From Lama guanicoe (lineage: Eukaryota), in assembly GCA_013239625.1 (NCBI GenBank), contig MU053881.1:9199957-9263956 (forward strand): a stretch of DNA of 64,000 nt, given 5' to 3'. How positions within the stretch are numbered: position 1 is the first letter of the stretch; every line of letters starts with the position of its first letter. The position numbers and the translations under genes are program-made. This document shows, in pieces, positions 24,511-35,840 of the stretch. The notes below the pieces were generated by a model. That model saw nothing but the letters and a program-made list of their open reading frames with translations, was not told the origin of the DNA and searched no databases.

Positions 24511-25884
24511 AATTCAAAGGCATTTTTAATCTGGCCCAACCCGCCTTTGGCGATTTTTCTCTTTTTCTTGCTTTCCCTCAGAGTGGTTTTCTTGCTCTCT
24601 GCAATGCACAGGGAACACTGCCGTCTCCAAGTCTTGCTCACACCAGCGCCCTCACCTGGAACATCCATTTTATTTTTCTCTTTATCCAGTGAAGTACTAC
24701 ATCACAGTCTCCCGAGAGTATTCTTGGCCTTTGAAAAAATTAGATCTATAAGAAGTCTATGGAGTCCTCATTTGACAACGAGTAAATAAATGAATTGTTT
24801 ATATCAATAGTTTGACACCGCTAGTGGGGTGACATCTTTGGTCATTTAAGCCCTGAATTGTTATGCTGGTCTGACCACCCAGTCATGCTCCAGATGTGTC
24901 CTTCCTTAGGGACATGCTCAGTGACTCAATAAGGCTTAAACCTCAAACCAGTTGCTCCTGGTGCCTCTGAGAGTTTCAGGAGCTCGTCTAAGACCACCAG
25001 TCTGGCAAGTGACAGAGTGGCTTTTGAACCTAATTCAAAGATGTGTGTGTGACTCCTAAGCCATGCTGTCAGGTTTTTCTTTTTTCTTTTTTTTTAATTT
25101 TACCCCCCATGTGTATTGCACATCTGATCTTTTTTCCCATCACTATGCATTTCCCTCCGTGCCATTTTACCTCTGTGCTGTACACAAGCGATGGCTACGT
25201 GGCCAGCTTCTTTGCCAGCAGTATCACCCCCAAACTTCTACCACAATTCATTATACTCCAGTCTGTGAAAGATCTTCCTAAAACCACAATGAACATGGTA
25301 CCTGCAAGTGCAGGAATCTTCATCCTTCCCAAGTGTATTGGCTGGTTTTTCCAGTTTTTCCATTTTCTGACCCCAGTCTACTGTTTTCTTTTACCGGTAT
25401 TAATCCCTTTCAAGGACATTGTTTCACCCAAGCCATATCTTCTTGGAATATTTCCATTTTTCTGCTTCCCTGTCCTGTCTCCTGGAACCCTGTCCTTTCC
25501 CATCTCAAACACTCAAGGTCTTTCAACTTTCTACTCATATTTTACCTCCTTTGGGAGGACTTCTTTGATCATCCTACTCAGAAGTTACAGAACTTTTAAG
25601 TTTAGGAGGAAGGCTCCACAGTTCATCTCACATCATATTCTAGTTTGCACACTCATTTATTAGATATATATTTATCTTCCTACAGGACAAATATCTTGTG
25701 AAAGTTGGTGACCATGGTCCCCCATGTCTTACCTTCATTGCATCATCTAGATAGATTATTTACTGTACTTTATAGGGTGTATACACACACACACATTTCA
25801 ATTTTAATTAGTTTTTACTGTATTTTCACGTCTTACCTAATAATAAAACTGTAAGTGTCTTATAGTGACAAAGAACAACTATTT

Positions 25885-26050
25885 TGGTCCTGAGATCTTA
25901 GGCAAGTCATTTACTTTTTAAAATATTCAGTCTCCTCACCTGCAAATGGGGCTAAAATTAGCTCCTATCCCATAATGTGGCCATGAGATTGAACGAGACC
26001 CCATAGGCCACTCCAGGCAGCTGCATTTGGAGAAAATTCCAAGTAAACAT
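25885..26050 (+). mobile_element. MIR SINE
   Basis: 'gatcttaggcaagtcatttac...cagtctcctcacctgcaaatgggg'. Confidence 0.7.
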
Positions 26051-26580
26051 GTGCTGAAGAAATAAATGATGTTGAGAGAGGTACTCTCTCCCGCTCTACC
26101 CAGGAAGTGTGGCCTAACTTCTAGCATCAGCGAGGATGTAAAAAAACAGTGCTGGGTTTAGTAATGGTTTACTGAGGTTCAAGGACAGGGAGAGGAGGGC
26201 CAGAGTTCTAATGCCCATTACAAGATAACTTGTTGGGCCATTATTTACTATAATGAAGTAAAATTTAAAAGAAAAGGCTTTGATTTGAACCTTAATCTGT
26301 TTTCTCATAAAAAATGGTAGTCTCTGAAAACAATATAAAGGAAACCTGTCATTCTTGCCTCGAGCTTTAAAATCACCGGTAGAAAGACATACAGGGTATT
26401 TTGGGGCAAAGGCAGCCATCATCCAGGGCTCCAAGAGGCAGGAGGGGAAGTATACCACCAGAAACCCCTCAAAGACGAAGGAAGCCACGGCTGCACTACT
26501 TCTCATGTTTAACAAGGTCTGTAAACGCAATATTAGCTGTCCTGCAATACTCTGGTGTCATTTATGGGAAGGCAGCAAGT

Positions 26581-27220
26581 GGAACCTCTCCAGGCTCCCA
26601 TGCTCCCCGCCGTCACGGACCTGGGTATGGCGGCTCTGCTTTTCCTTCACTTCAGTCGAGCCTGCACTCTCTTCAGCCTTCTGCTCTCAGACGGAGAAGT
26701 TAATGCAGTTAGATTGCTGCCGGGCTTCCAGCGGGACTACTTCAAATGATATTACTTCCATTTGTGACGTGCATCGCCAGCCGTGCTCACATCTGAGGCA
26801 AACAGCAAACAGACGTCGAAGTCGGCTTGCTGGTAAGAGAGGAACCGAGTGTCCCCCGCTCCCCACCCCGCACAGCCGGGCAGCAACAGGGCTATAAATC
26901 TGTCAATTTCCTAAACTCCGCGGCGCTGTGCGCCAGCCTCCACCTGAATGGGACTCTTGAGCCAGGCGACCGATGGCTCCGTGCTCACAGGACTTGGAGG
27001 GAACTCTGTTCACAGATCACAGGCCCATTTTGGCCACACGGATCGATGCCAGGAGAGCGAAAACTTAAATCAGGGCTTTCTTCGGATAACTGCCATTTGG
27101 GGAGAAAATCCACTTCGGGCCAAAAGGGAAGGCCCTCCAGAGCACCCCCTGGGCAGAGTTCCTCCAGGACTGAAACGCACCATCGTGGGGAGTTAAGTAC
27201 TAAGCTCAGGGCCTGAGCGG
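26581..27220. promoter_or_regulatory. CpG-island-like segment, candidate promoter/enhancer
   Basis: About 33 CpGs in 640 bp by hand count against a CpG-poor background; TATAAA at 26893-26898; TGACGT at 26765-26770; + donor TG|GTAAGA near 26832. Confidence 0.55.
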
Positions 27221-27823
27221 ACAGTCAGAGCCACACAAAGGGTGCCACCCATGCACACAGATTATTTACCTACAAACTCTTGGGCAGCCCTTCCTAGTTT
27301 TCTGCCTTATTCTTTTGTTTATTTATGTTTAATTATTATACGTGGAACAGTGTTTATCAAATTATCCGTGCAAACAACTGATTTCTTTTTTAAGTTTCCA
27401 TTCTGTCAGAGGCATTAAATATAAGAAGAAAATGAACTGCCAGGAAAATGGATATCCTGGCCATGTCCAGTGGCTCTAAAAGTCTCGAACCTTCTCATTG
27501 TCTCTCCATACCTGATGGTGGATCGGTAGCAGTCCGTTCTGCAGTTGTACCTGAGGAGCACTGCTTTGAAGTAAAGGCTATACAAAACTGCGTACAACAC
27601 TGCACCTCCAAGTCATTTAATTTTGGAAGACCAGCCATTCCTTTCTTGTCTAGTCGACTTGTCAACTTCAAACATCTTGGTATGGGGTCTCCTGAGGACC
27701 CGTGAATGCTGTAACCTCTGTCACTTCTGTTTTCTGTCATCACAACAGACAGTTTAGAATTTAGAAAGGCTAAGAGAATATATTACAGAATTTGGAAAAT
27801 TTAACTTGAAATCAGTGGGGTTT

Positions 27824-27844
27824 GTGTGTGTGTGTGTGTGTGTG
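27824..27844. repeat. (GT)n microsatellite
   Basis: Direct reading. Confidence 0.95.
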
Positions 27845-28959
27845 ATTTTTATAAGATTTTACAAGTCACTTAGTTCTGAACTAATCATCAGAATCCAATC
27901 AATTCTTTATATGGTTTTACATGGAAAGTCACTGCTTTCAAGGTTTTAGAAGTTCTTCCTATCAAAAGTGCCACCCATTCCAGCTCTCCCTCTGTGTTGA
28001 CTCCATGTGTTCTGATGCTCTGGGCTTAAGATACATGGTGGGTACTCCATGAAGGACACAGAGGTTCCTTTAAGTGCAAAAGGTGAACACATTTGGATGT
28101 AATGAAGAAGAGATGATACTAAACCAAGAAACGGGGGAGTGGATTCCAGTTATTGCAACATTACTTAAAATCATAGGACTACAGTTTGCTCAAGGGCTTA
28201 AAGAAACTCCTGCAGATCATGTCCCAACTACCTTATTCATAAACGTGAAAACCAGAACAGGGACTTGAGAGTCGTCGGTCTGCAGCAGGACCAAGAATCT
28301 GACTCAGAAGGCCAGGGGACAGTGATTAAACAAACTATTTCTGACTGATATGCCTTTTTTCCACCTAAGTGTGACATAAAATTGAAAAAAAGATGTACAC
28401 GTCAATTACTCATTCAGTTACCAACGTCTACTGTATATAAGCCCACATGAAGAAGAGATAAGGTTCTCCCAATGAAATGAGCCAAGTCAAAGTTTTCTTA
28501 CCGATACTGTCTTTAGCATTATTAGAAACAGATGGAAAGTGGACTGTTAGAGAAATCTTTCTCTTATTTTTAATTGTTCTGCTCCAACCACTCCCACAGT
28601 TCTTAAATAAACTTAAATTAAAGGAAAAACTATCTGGGAATGTATAATGCAGAATTTCAAAGAGCCTAAAGACAGCTGTTAGTGGCAAAGGGCAACCAAT
28701 ACTGGGCTAAGATGCTTCTACAAACACACAATAAGGAGAGACAAGGGTATGAAAAGCTGACAGCAGCTCATTGTAATGAGCGCAAGAGAGACGGTTTTCA
28801 TACGTAAGTAATTTCAGTCCCTGAGTGAACAGTCACCAACACTGGGCACGTGTTAAGTACCACAAAGTGCATGGTGAAAGAAAAGAATGAAATTCGGAAA
28901 AGTTAAATCACTTTCTCCATTTATACAGCTAGACAGACAGATAGGGGTTTGAATTCCGG

Positions 28960-29170
28960 TGGCTTAGTATGTGCCAGACACTATTATAAGATGTTTGCAT
29001 GCGTAATTTTATTTAATCCTCTAAACAAAATCTAAAGTATTATCATAGCTCCACTTTAAAGATGAAATCGAGACTCAGATGAGGAAATTCAGCTAAATTA
29101 ACAGTAAATTAGGTACAGAACTGGGATTCTGAATATGGAGTCCATGCCTGGTTCTTGGCTCCACTCTTTT
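28960..29170 (-). mobile_element. MIR SINE
   Basis: 'tatgtgccagacact...atttaatcctctaaacaa...aagatgaaatcgagactcag...cagaactgggattctgaa'. Confidence 0.75.
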
Positions 29171-29744
29171 TCTCCAATACCTTCTTCCAACCGGCAGCAA
29201 GGGAGGGGCAGGGTATTCAACCAAACACCACGCATGCCTAGTGCAGGAACACTTCCAGTCCATTTTAACTTCCAAATGAGGCAGGGACGCTGGAAGACAA
29301 TGACCTTTCTTATCTAAGATGAATATATTTCCAATTACTGCACACCACCGCCACATTACATCATTCCAGATCGCTTCCTAATTCTCAGACCTCCAAATTG
29401 TCAGACTTTCACTGGACACTTTAATTAGTGAAGTTTATCTAAATAAAAAAAGAGGCAATATGAAATTTGTCAGAAGACTGATTTTATATGGCTATCAAAG
29501 CAAAGGCTGAATACCTTGTATGGACTTATTAAAAAAGTGTTTAATGGACTTGAGCTCAAACTATTTCTCATTCTTTCCCACCCCTCCCAACAAAGGGTGG
29601 AATTTCTTGGGAGATTTCAGAAAAGCTACAAGGTGTCATGATGCAGCCATTCTGATAGGGCAGAAACATCCTTTGCACACGGAAGAGGAACTCTGTTTTT
29701 TCTCATCAGAGCTAGAATGCCCTGATGCTATGTCATCTGATTAA

Positions 29745-30105
29745 ACTTTCATTCAATAAGCATGCAGTGAGTGCCTACAATATACTACGTTTAAAGTACA
29801 AGGATTCAGGGTCCCTGCTCTCACAGAATTCCGAATCTATAATTCAGAAGGCACGTGTAATTTATTCAATGAAAAAATAACTATGAAAGAAGTATGCAGA
29901 AAATATTATGGGATCACAGATAAATAACCAACTGCTTCTATCACTGGAATCAGGGAATGTTCTAGGAGAAAAGGGGCCATTTTCTCCTATCTTTGAGGTA
30001 TTAGCATCAGTTTACCGAGTGGGACAAGGGGTAGAACAATCCAGACAGAGGGAACGGTAACACTCTAGAGAGGCCAGAAAATGCAAAGCATGGGAAATCA
30101 AATGG
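29745..30105 (-). mobile_element. L2 LINE 3' fragment
   Basis: 'ttcattcaataagcatgcagtgagtgcctac...gtccctgctctcacagaatt...ccagacagagggaacgg'. Confidence 0.7.
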
Positions 30106-30248
30106 TGGCTCTGAGAAGATGCCATATGCCTACATGCAAAAGGAAAAAAATTCGTAACATGAAATTCTGATTATCCAAATATTTGATATTCTGTTCGTAT
30201 AATTTATGAGGGTCTGCTGAATTTTTTGAAGGGGGTATTCTCTCTCTC

Positions 30249-30341
30249 TTTTTTTTTTTTATTAACAGAGGCACTGGGGATTGAACCCAGGACTGCGTGC
30301 ATGCTAAGCATGTGCTCTACCACTGAGCTATACCCTCCCCC
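30249..30341 (-). mobile_element. tRNA-derived camelid SINE (vic-1-like)
   Basis: Minus strand reads gggggagggtatagctcagtggtagagcacatgcttagcatgcacgcagtcctgggttcaatccccagtgcctc plus A tail: A box, B box, AGC anticodon-like loop; degenerate TSD gggtattctctctct/gggtactctttttct. Confidence 0.9.
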
Positions 30342-30991
30342 AGGGTACTCTTTTTCTGTTGAATCTTTATGCCTACTAAACACGATCCTTTGGGTTTGCC
30401 TGTGCGTGAGGGCCTATGGAATATTTCAGATGTATCGTTTCTGCATCAATAAGTTAAATGCAAGAATGATTTCCTTCTAAGTGGGGATGCAAAGTTTCAG
30501 TTGTTCTTCATGAATAACAAGTCTCTCCTTCCTTCTGAGAGTTGGGGGTGTGGGGCGGATGAGAAGGGAGTATGGCAAGGAGAGTGGGGGACACTCTGTC
30601 AAAGATCATGTATTTCCAAAGTTCATTCTCCATGCTAGGACACAGGGGATCTACTGCACGTGAGTCCATGGGGACCCCATGCTTTCCTGAGGTGTGGGGT
30701 GGGGGGTCATATAAGGGTAGAGCATATGCCCTCAGAAATATTTGCATAATCATTTCAGCAAGATTCCTTGATCTTCCCTACATGACAGATCTGTGAACAT
30801 TTCAGGAGCTGATTTCCACAGACACTGGCTGAGATTTTATTCTAGAAAACAAGTGTATGCTAATCGAGAAGGTATTAACCACGGTAGAGGACCCAGACCA
30901 CCAATTAACCAATGGATAGGAATAAGAAAGTATCTAATTTCCTAGGGATAGAGATCCAGAGAAATTGATGTTTTTTTTTTAATTTTGTTGG

Positions 30992-31089
30992 AGAATATGA
31001 AAACAAATATATGTATGTATATGCCTGACTGGGACATTGGGTTGTACACCAGAAATGGACACAATGTAACTGACTGTACTTCAGTAAAA
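30992..31089 (+). mobile_element. Short 5'-truncated L1 3' end
   Basis: 'gaatatgaaaacaaatatatgtatg...tgtacaccagaaatggacacaatgtaactgactgtacttcagtaaaaa'; approximate TSD aattttgttgg/atttttgctgg. Confidence 0.8.
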
Positions 31090-32941
31090 AATTTTTGCTG
31101 GTATTTATAAAATAACCTTTTTTTTTAAAAAAAAGAGCTATAAAACAGTAAATGTTGACTACAAAGTAATCACGAAGTGCAAACCAGCCAAAAGAAGAAA
31201 AAGTTACACTGCATTTCCAAAGCATTCAACAGTTGTCATTGTGTTTTGGTTACATAACCAGTAGTATATAGGCCTGCTATAAAAACATTAAAAAAATACA
31301 CAACCAGGCACTGCCCTGCTCCGCTGTTAGCAATCTGTTGCAGAATATTCCATTCTTCTCTTCTGGATGTGTCTGTATCTGTGTGCATGTATATATTATT
31401 TCTTGCATGGATAGGGAGCAATATATAGATAGTTTTTGCCATTGGTAGCTGACTACATACATTCACATCCTGGGTGTTTTTTCAGCGACGACTCCCTGTT
31501 ATCCCACTGTTCCAAACACACCTACGTATCTAATTATCTCCTTAGGCATTTTTAAAAACCTGGATTCTTGCAGTAGAAGTCTCCTTTTGTTGTTCATGAA
31601 GGCACAAGAAGCTGCTATGCAAATATTGGCTGTTTGTGTTTTCTTCTAGTTTTTAAGGCCAAGAATACATTTCTTCCTTCCTACGGCAGATCTTTCTTGC
31701 TTGATTAGGTGGGCTGGCCATTTACAAGTAAATCAATAGTAATGACTATGGAGAAAGACACATTCCCTCCCCAGTTCCATGCCCTGGTAATTAGGAGATA
31801 AGAAATAGACATACCTCGAGATATAGAATAATACCAGTAATAAAATAATGCAAAGTATATTCTTCTAATAGTGTCAACCAAGTCACATAACTGCTGAAGA
31901 GAGTCCCTAGGAACTTAAGCAGGGCTCACAATCTGCTTCTTTATTTTCCCCTTACACTTCTCAAAAAGGACTGTAAACCTGCTAGAAATGTCAAGTTCAG
32001 GGTGACTTCTACAGTAGATTTCTGACCTGAGAATATAGAAGGAGCTCAATATAAAAAGAGATAGCTGGTGAGAAATTGCCATGGGGACACACAGAAACGG
32101 GAGAAGGGTTTAGGCTTGGTCCTTTAGGTCCCAGGTTGATGGGACTGTAGTGATACCCAGGGTGTCATTTACATAGTGGAGTCGACCCTACGGAAATGTC
32201 CACATTCTGGAAATCCTATCATACTTAAGGTCTTTTGTTAAGGAACTGCCAGCACACTCATGCTTTTTTTTTTTTGGATAGCAGATCCCAGTGGAACTGA
32301 GCCATAAGTTACTCTTTGGTTCTTGAAATAGAGTGCTTAGGTTGGTACTTTGGGGGCTCAAGACCTATAAATAACTCCTTGAGGGAACACCCTTATATAA
32401 GGAGCATCCGACCAAAAAAAAAATGATATTGGTCAAAATATTATTACTCCTTGACATTAAGGCTGGTCATAACTGTGTCATAATATTGTGACACATTATG
32501 GTGTCACATTAGACCCACCCCTATGAAGTACCAGTCCAGGCAATCCACTGGCACAGATTCACTCATTCAAAGGAAACTCTTCCTGATATTCTAGAGGGTG
32601 GTGAGCAGCTTGAAGACAGGGCAGTGGGTGATTTATGCATCTGATTTGGAAACTGGCCAACACAGTTTGGGAAGCTCGACATAGAAACTGCTCATCAAGC
32701 TGATTAACAAACGCAAACCAGGGATGATTCTTGTTAACAGCACCAGGTTGGGAAATACCAAAATATTGTGTTTCCCATAAGATACTTACAAGACTTGCCA
32801 TGGGCACCACTTCAAATATTTATTGTTTGTGCTGCTAGCTTCTTCCAGGTGGGGTGAGGATTTAATTCGCAACAGAGAGGACTGATTTTTTTTTTAAACA
32901 CCATTATTTGAGAGGATATGAACATGTTTATATAGTAAGAG

Positions 32942-33455
32942 AGTGGTTCTTGACTGTGGCTGCATGTTAGATTCCCTTGATGTTGTGAATGGAATGTTCA
33001 CCTCCCCCCAACATTCATATTCTAAAACCCTGAACCTAATATGTTGATACGTGGAGGTGGGGAATTTAGGGGGTAATTAGATCATGTGGGTGGGGCCCCT
33101 GTGAATGGAATTAGTGCCTTTATTAAGACAAAGCCACTGAGCTAGCTCACTCTTTCTCTCTCCATACAAGAGGTCAACAGTCTGCAACCCACTAGGAGTT
33201 TCTCACCAGAACCCGTCCATGCTGGCACCTTGACTGCAGACTTCCAGTCTCCAGAACTGTGAGAAAAAAATTTCTGTTGTTTATGGTATTTTGTTACAGT
33301 AACCAGAACTAAGACTCAGGGAGCTGTTACAAAAATATTAATAGTCTGGGTTCCCACCACAGTAATTTTGATTTCATTGGTCTGTGGGTGGGGAGGGAGC
33401 TGTGCACTGGGATTTTCTGAAAGCTTCCCAGATGATAATAAAGTACAGGCAGTTT
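32942..33455. mobile_element. MER5B-like fossil split by an MLT1A LTR
   Basis: 'agtggttcttgactgtggctgcatgttagattccc' resumes at ~33317 as 'gggagctgttacaaaaat...gatttcattggtctg...aagcttcccagatgat'. Confidence 0.7.
32981..33316 (+). mobile_element. MLT1A-like solo LTR
   Basis: 'ggaggtggggaatttagggggtaattagatcatg...gaatggaattagtgcc...cttccagtctccagaactgtgaga...gaactaagac'. Confidence 0.85.
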
Positions 33456-33613
33456 CACAGTCCACTCAAAGTGTGATCTTCAGACAGGCAGCCTCACCCA
33501 GGAGGTTGTTAAAAATACAGAAGTAGGTCCCATTCAGATCTACCAAACCAGAATCTGCATTTTAACATGATCCTCAGGTGAATCAAACAAAAATCATCTT
33601 TTGAGAAGCACTA
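33456..33613. mobile_element. MER5A-like fossil
   Basis: 'ctcaaagtgtgatc...cagaatctgcattttaacatgatcctcaggtga...tttgagaagcact'. Confidence 0.75.
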
Positions 33614-33694
33614 ACATAGGAAAAGGAGAGAGAACAATAAAGTGAGGGTATTTACCAACATTTGGTAATAATAAAGACAAACTGATTAAAATAA

Positions 33695-34070
33695 CATGTT
33701 TATTAGTTGTTCACTATGTGCCAGGTCTTCCCCTGCACATGCCTTAACTCCTTTAATTCTCAAAACAGTCTAGGCGAGGAGATAGTGCTATTTTTTTCCT
33801 TCTAGTTTTATTGAGATATAATTGACACATACCAGTGCATAAGTTTAAAGTGTGTAGTGCAATGATTTGATATGTGTATATTGTGAAAGGATTATGCCAC
33901 AAGGTTCGCTAGCATACATCACCTCACGTAGTTACAATTTTTTTTTTCTTATAATGAAAACTTTGAGATCTGCTTACTTCATCTCTGTTTTCCAAATAAG
34001 AAAACTGAAGTTAATGGACTTAGGTAAGGTCTCACAGTTACTGAGGGCAGACTGGGCACCTGCAAGAACC
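33695..34070 (-). mobile_element. MIR SINE interrupted by an L1M fragment
   Basis: MIR text at 33695-33790 resumes at ~33980 'ctgttttccaaataagaaaactgaag...aaggtctcacagttact'. Confidence 0.65.
33792..33972 (-). mobile_element. L1MA-like 3' end
   Basis: 'ttttattgagatataattgacac...aagtttaaagtg...atgatttgatatgtgtatattgtgaaa...catcacctcacgtagttac'. Confidence 0.8.
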
Positions 34071-34888
34071 TTCTCCTCTGTATTAAAGAAACATGAGGCT
34101 GAACTGCCAATGATGAATGACATTGAAGGACTTGGCATCCTAATTCGTTGGCCTAATTCAGCAATGCTGACTCAATGGGGATGAGGGGTTATATGAAATG
34201 TGAATGGCTTTGTTGTTCTCATCTAAAAAGAACCCTAGTCAAGACAGCCAAGGTGAACACCTAGTAAATGTAAGATATTAGGCAATCTGGGGGCACTATG
34301 ATCACCAAGCTACTCAGCAATCAGACCACATTTGAAATTTTGAATTTGGATCTTAACTTCATTCCAGGGTCATGAAGCCCCATGGACCTCAATAAAGCTC
34401 ACCAAATCATAGGTAACATCTCCAGAAAGGAAACGCAGAGCAAATGCTTTCTTTTTTTAAGGAAAATTATGAGACTTACATTTTGAGAGTGATTTTCTCA
34501 AAACAGCAAGGTCTCCCTGGGTCAATCTAAAATAAACATTATTCTATTAGGTGCTAAATAAATATTTGTTGAGTTAATGAATAGGGATACAAAGTACTAT
34601 CTCAAAGGCAATGTTATTCTAGCAGCCCTTGCATGAATGTGGGTTTTATCTGGACTTTACAGTTTCTCTCTCTCTCTCTCTTTTTTTTTTCCCCTCAACA
34701 TGCCATGATCAAATATCAGGGGATTTCACTCACACGTAGGCGCAAATCCAGGTTTCTAGCTTTTCTTTTAAAATTGGAAATTCTGTTAACACTGAGCCAG
34801 TGTTCCTACGTGCAACGGTAGCACTGACTGCGTGGCTGGTCTCATGGTACTGAGACACATGCTCACTAGTTACGGGCTGTCCCACCGA

Positions 34889-35358
34889 GAGTGGGCTGAA
34901 TGGCAGTCCCCAGAAATACACACTTGCCCTGATTCTTGGAACCTATAAATATTACCTTATACGGTAAAACAGTGAGTACTGCCTTATAGGGCAAAGGATG
35001 TGATGAATTATGATCTTGAGGGGAGGAGCTTACCTTGGATTATCCAGATGGCTCCTCAGAGCCCTCACCTGTATCCCTATATGAGAGAAGCAGAGAGAGA
35101 CAGACACACAGAGAAGGTGACAAGAAAAGGGAGCAGAAGGAGATGTGACTGCAAGCCAGGGGATGCCGACAGCTTCCAAGGGATGAAAAGGATGAGGAGT
35201 GGTTCCTTCTACAGAGCCCTCAGAGAGACAGAGCAGCCCTGTGGACACCTTGTTTTGGACTCCTGGCCTTCAGAACTATGAGCAAATAAATTTCTGTTGT
35301 TTGAGGCCACCCAGTTTGTGGCATTTTGTTAAGGGAGCCCTAAGAAACGAATATAATA
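34889..35358 (+). mobile_element. MLT1 (C/D-like) solo LTR
   Basis: 'gtgggctgaatggcagtcccc...ttaccttggattatccagatgg...ggactcctggccttcagaactatgagcaaataaatttctgttgtttgaggccacccagtttgtgg'. Confidence 0.85.
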
Positions 35359-35689
35359 CCGCTTGCATTTGGTGGCCACATGTCTATACAGGACATTTTT
35401 ATTAGGACAGAGCATTTTTTTTTGGTTTTGTTTTGTTTTTAAATGGACAAAGGAGAACATGGTAGTAACAAGTCTTATCTCCCGGGGCGGCATGAGACTC
35501 TCAAAATCCAGGCATTATCCCTTAGAATGGATCTGGTTGGGATTCACTCATTTTTGTTCTCTGCCAGAACACTTGTTATCTTAATGTAAAAGTTATGGCT
35601 TCTTAGATAGATTTATATTTTTATATTCTAACTTTATAAAATGCCAGGATGAATGTTATTTCCCTTCAGGTATTAAATAAATAATGTAG

Positions 35690-35840
35690 GCAAATGATCC
35701 TTAGAGATTGAGCACTCCATCACCTCATTTTACAAATGGGAAAACTAGACCCAGAGAGAAAGTGAGGGGCCCAAGGTCACACAGATAATTAGGACAGAGT
35801 TGGGCACGGACCTCCTCACCCTTGGTTCATTGCTCACTTC
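35690..35840 (-). mobile_element. MIR SINE fragment
   Basis: 'ctcattttacaaatgggaaaactagacccagagag...cccaaggtcacacag'. Confidence 0.7.

Noticed and set aside
25043..25663. Longest ORF (206 aa, hydrophobic, membrane-protein-like)
   Set aside because: GTG start; F/L/P/S bias is explained by a T/C-rich strand that is depleted of stop codons; distal part looks like decayed L2; no recognisable domain.
30262..30341. Possible tRNA-Ala gene
   Set aside because: Poly-A tail, TSD and an imperfect acceptor stem indicate a SINE.
32476..32497. Near-palindrome tgtgtcataatattgtgacaca
   Set aside because: Short, imperfect and AT-rich; compatible with chance.
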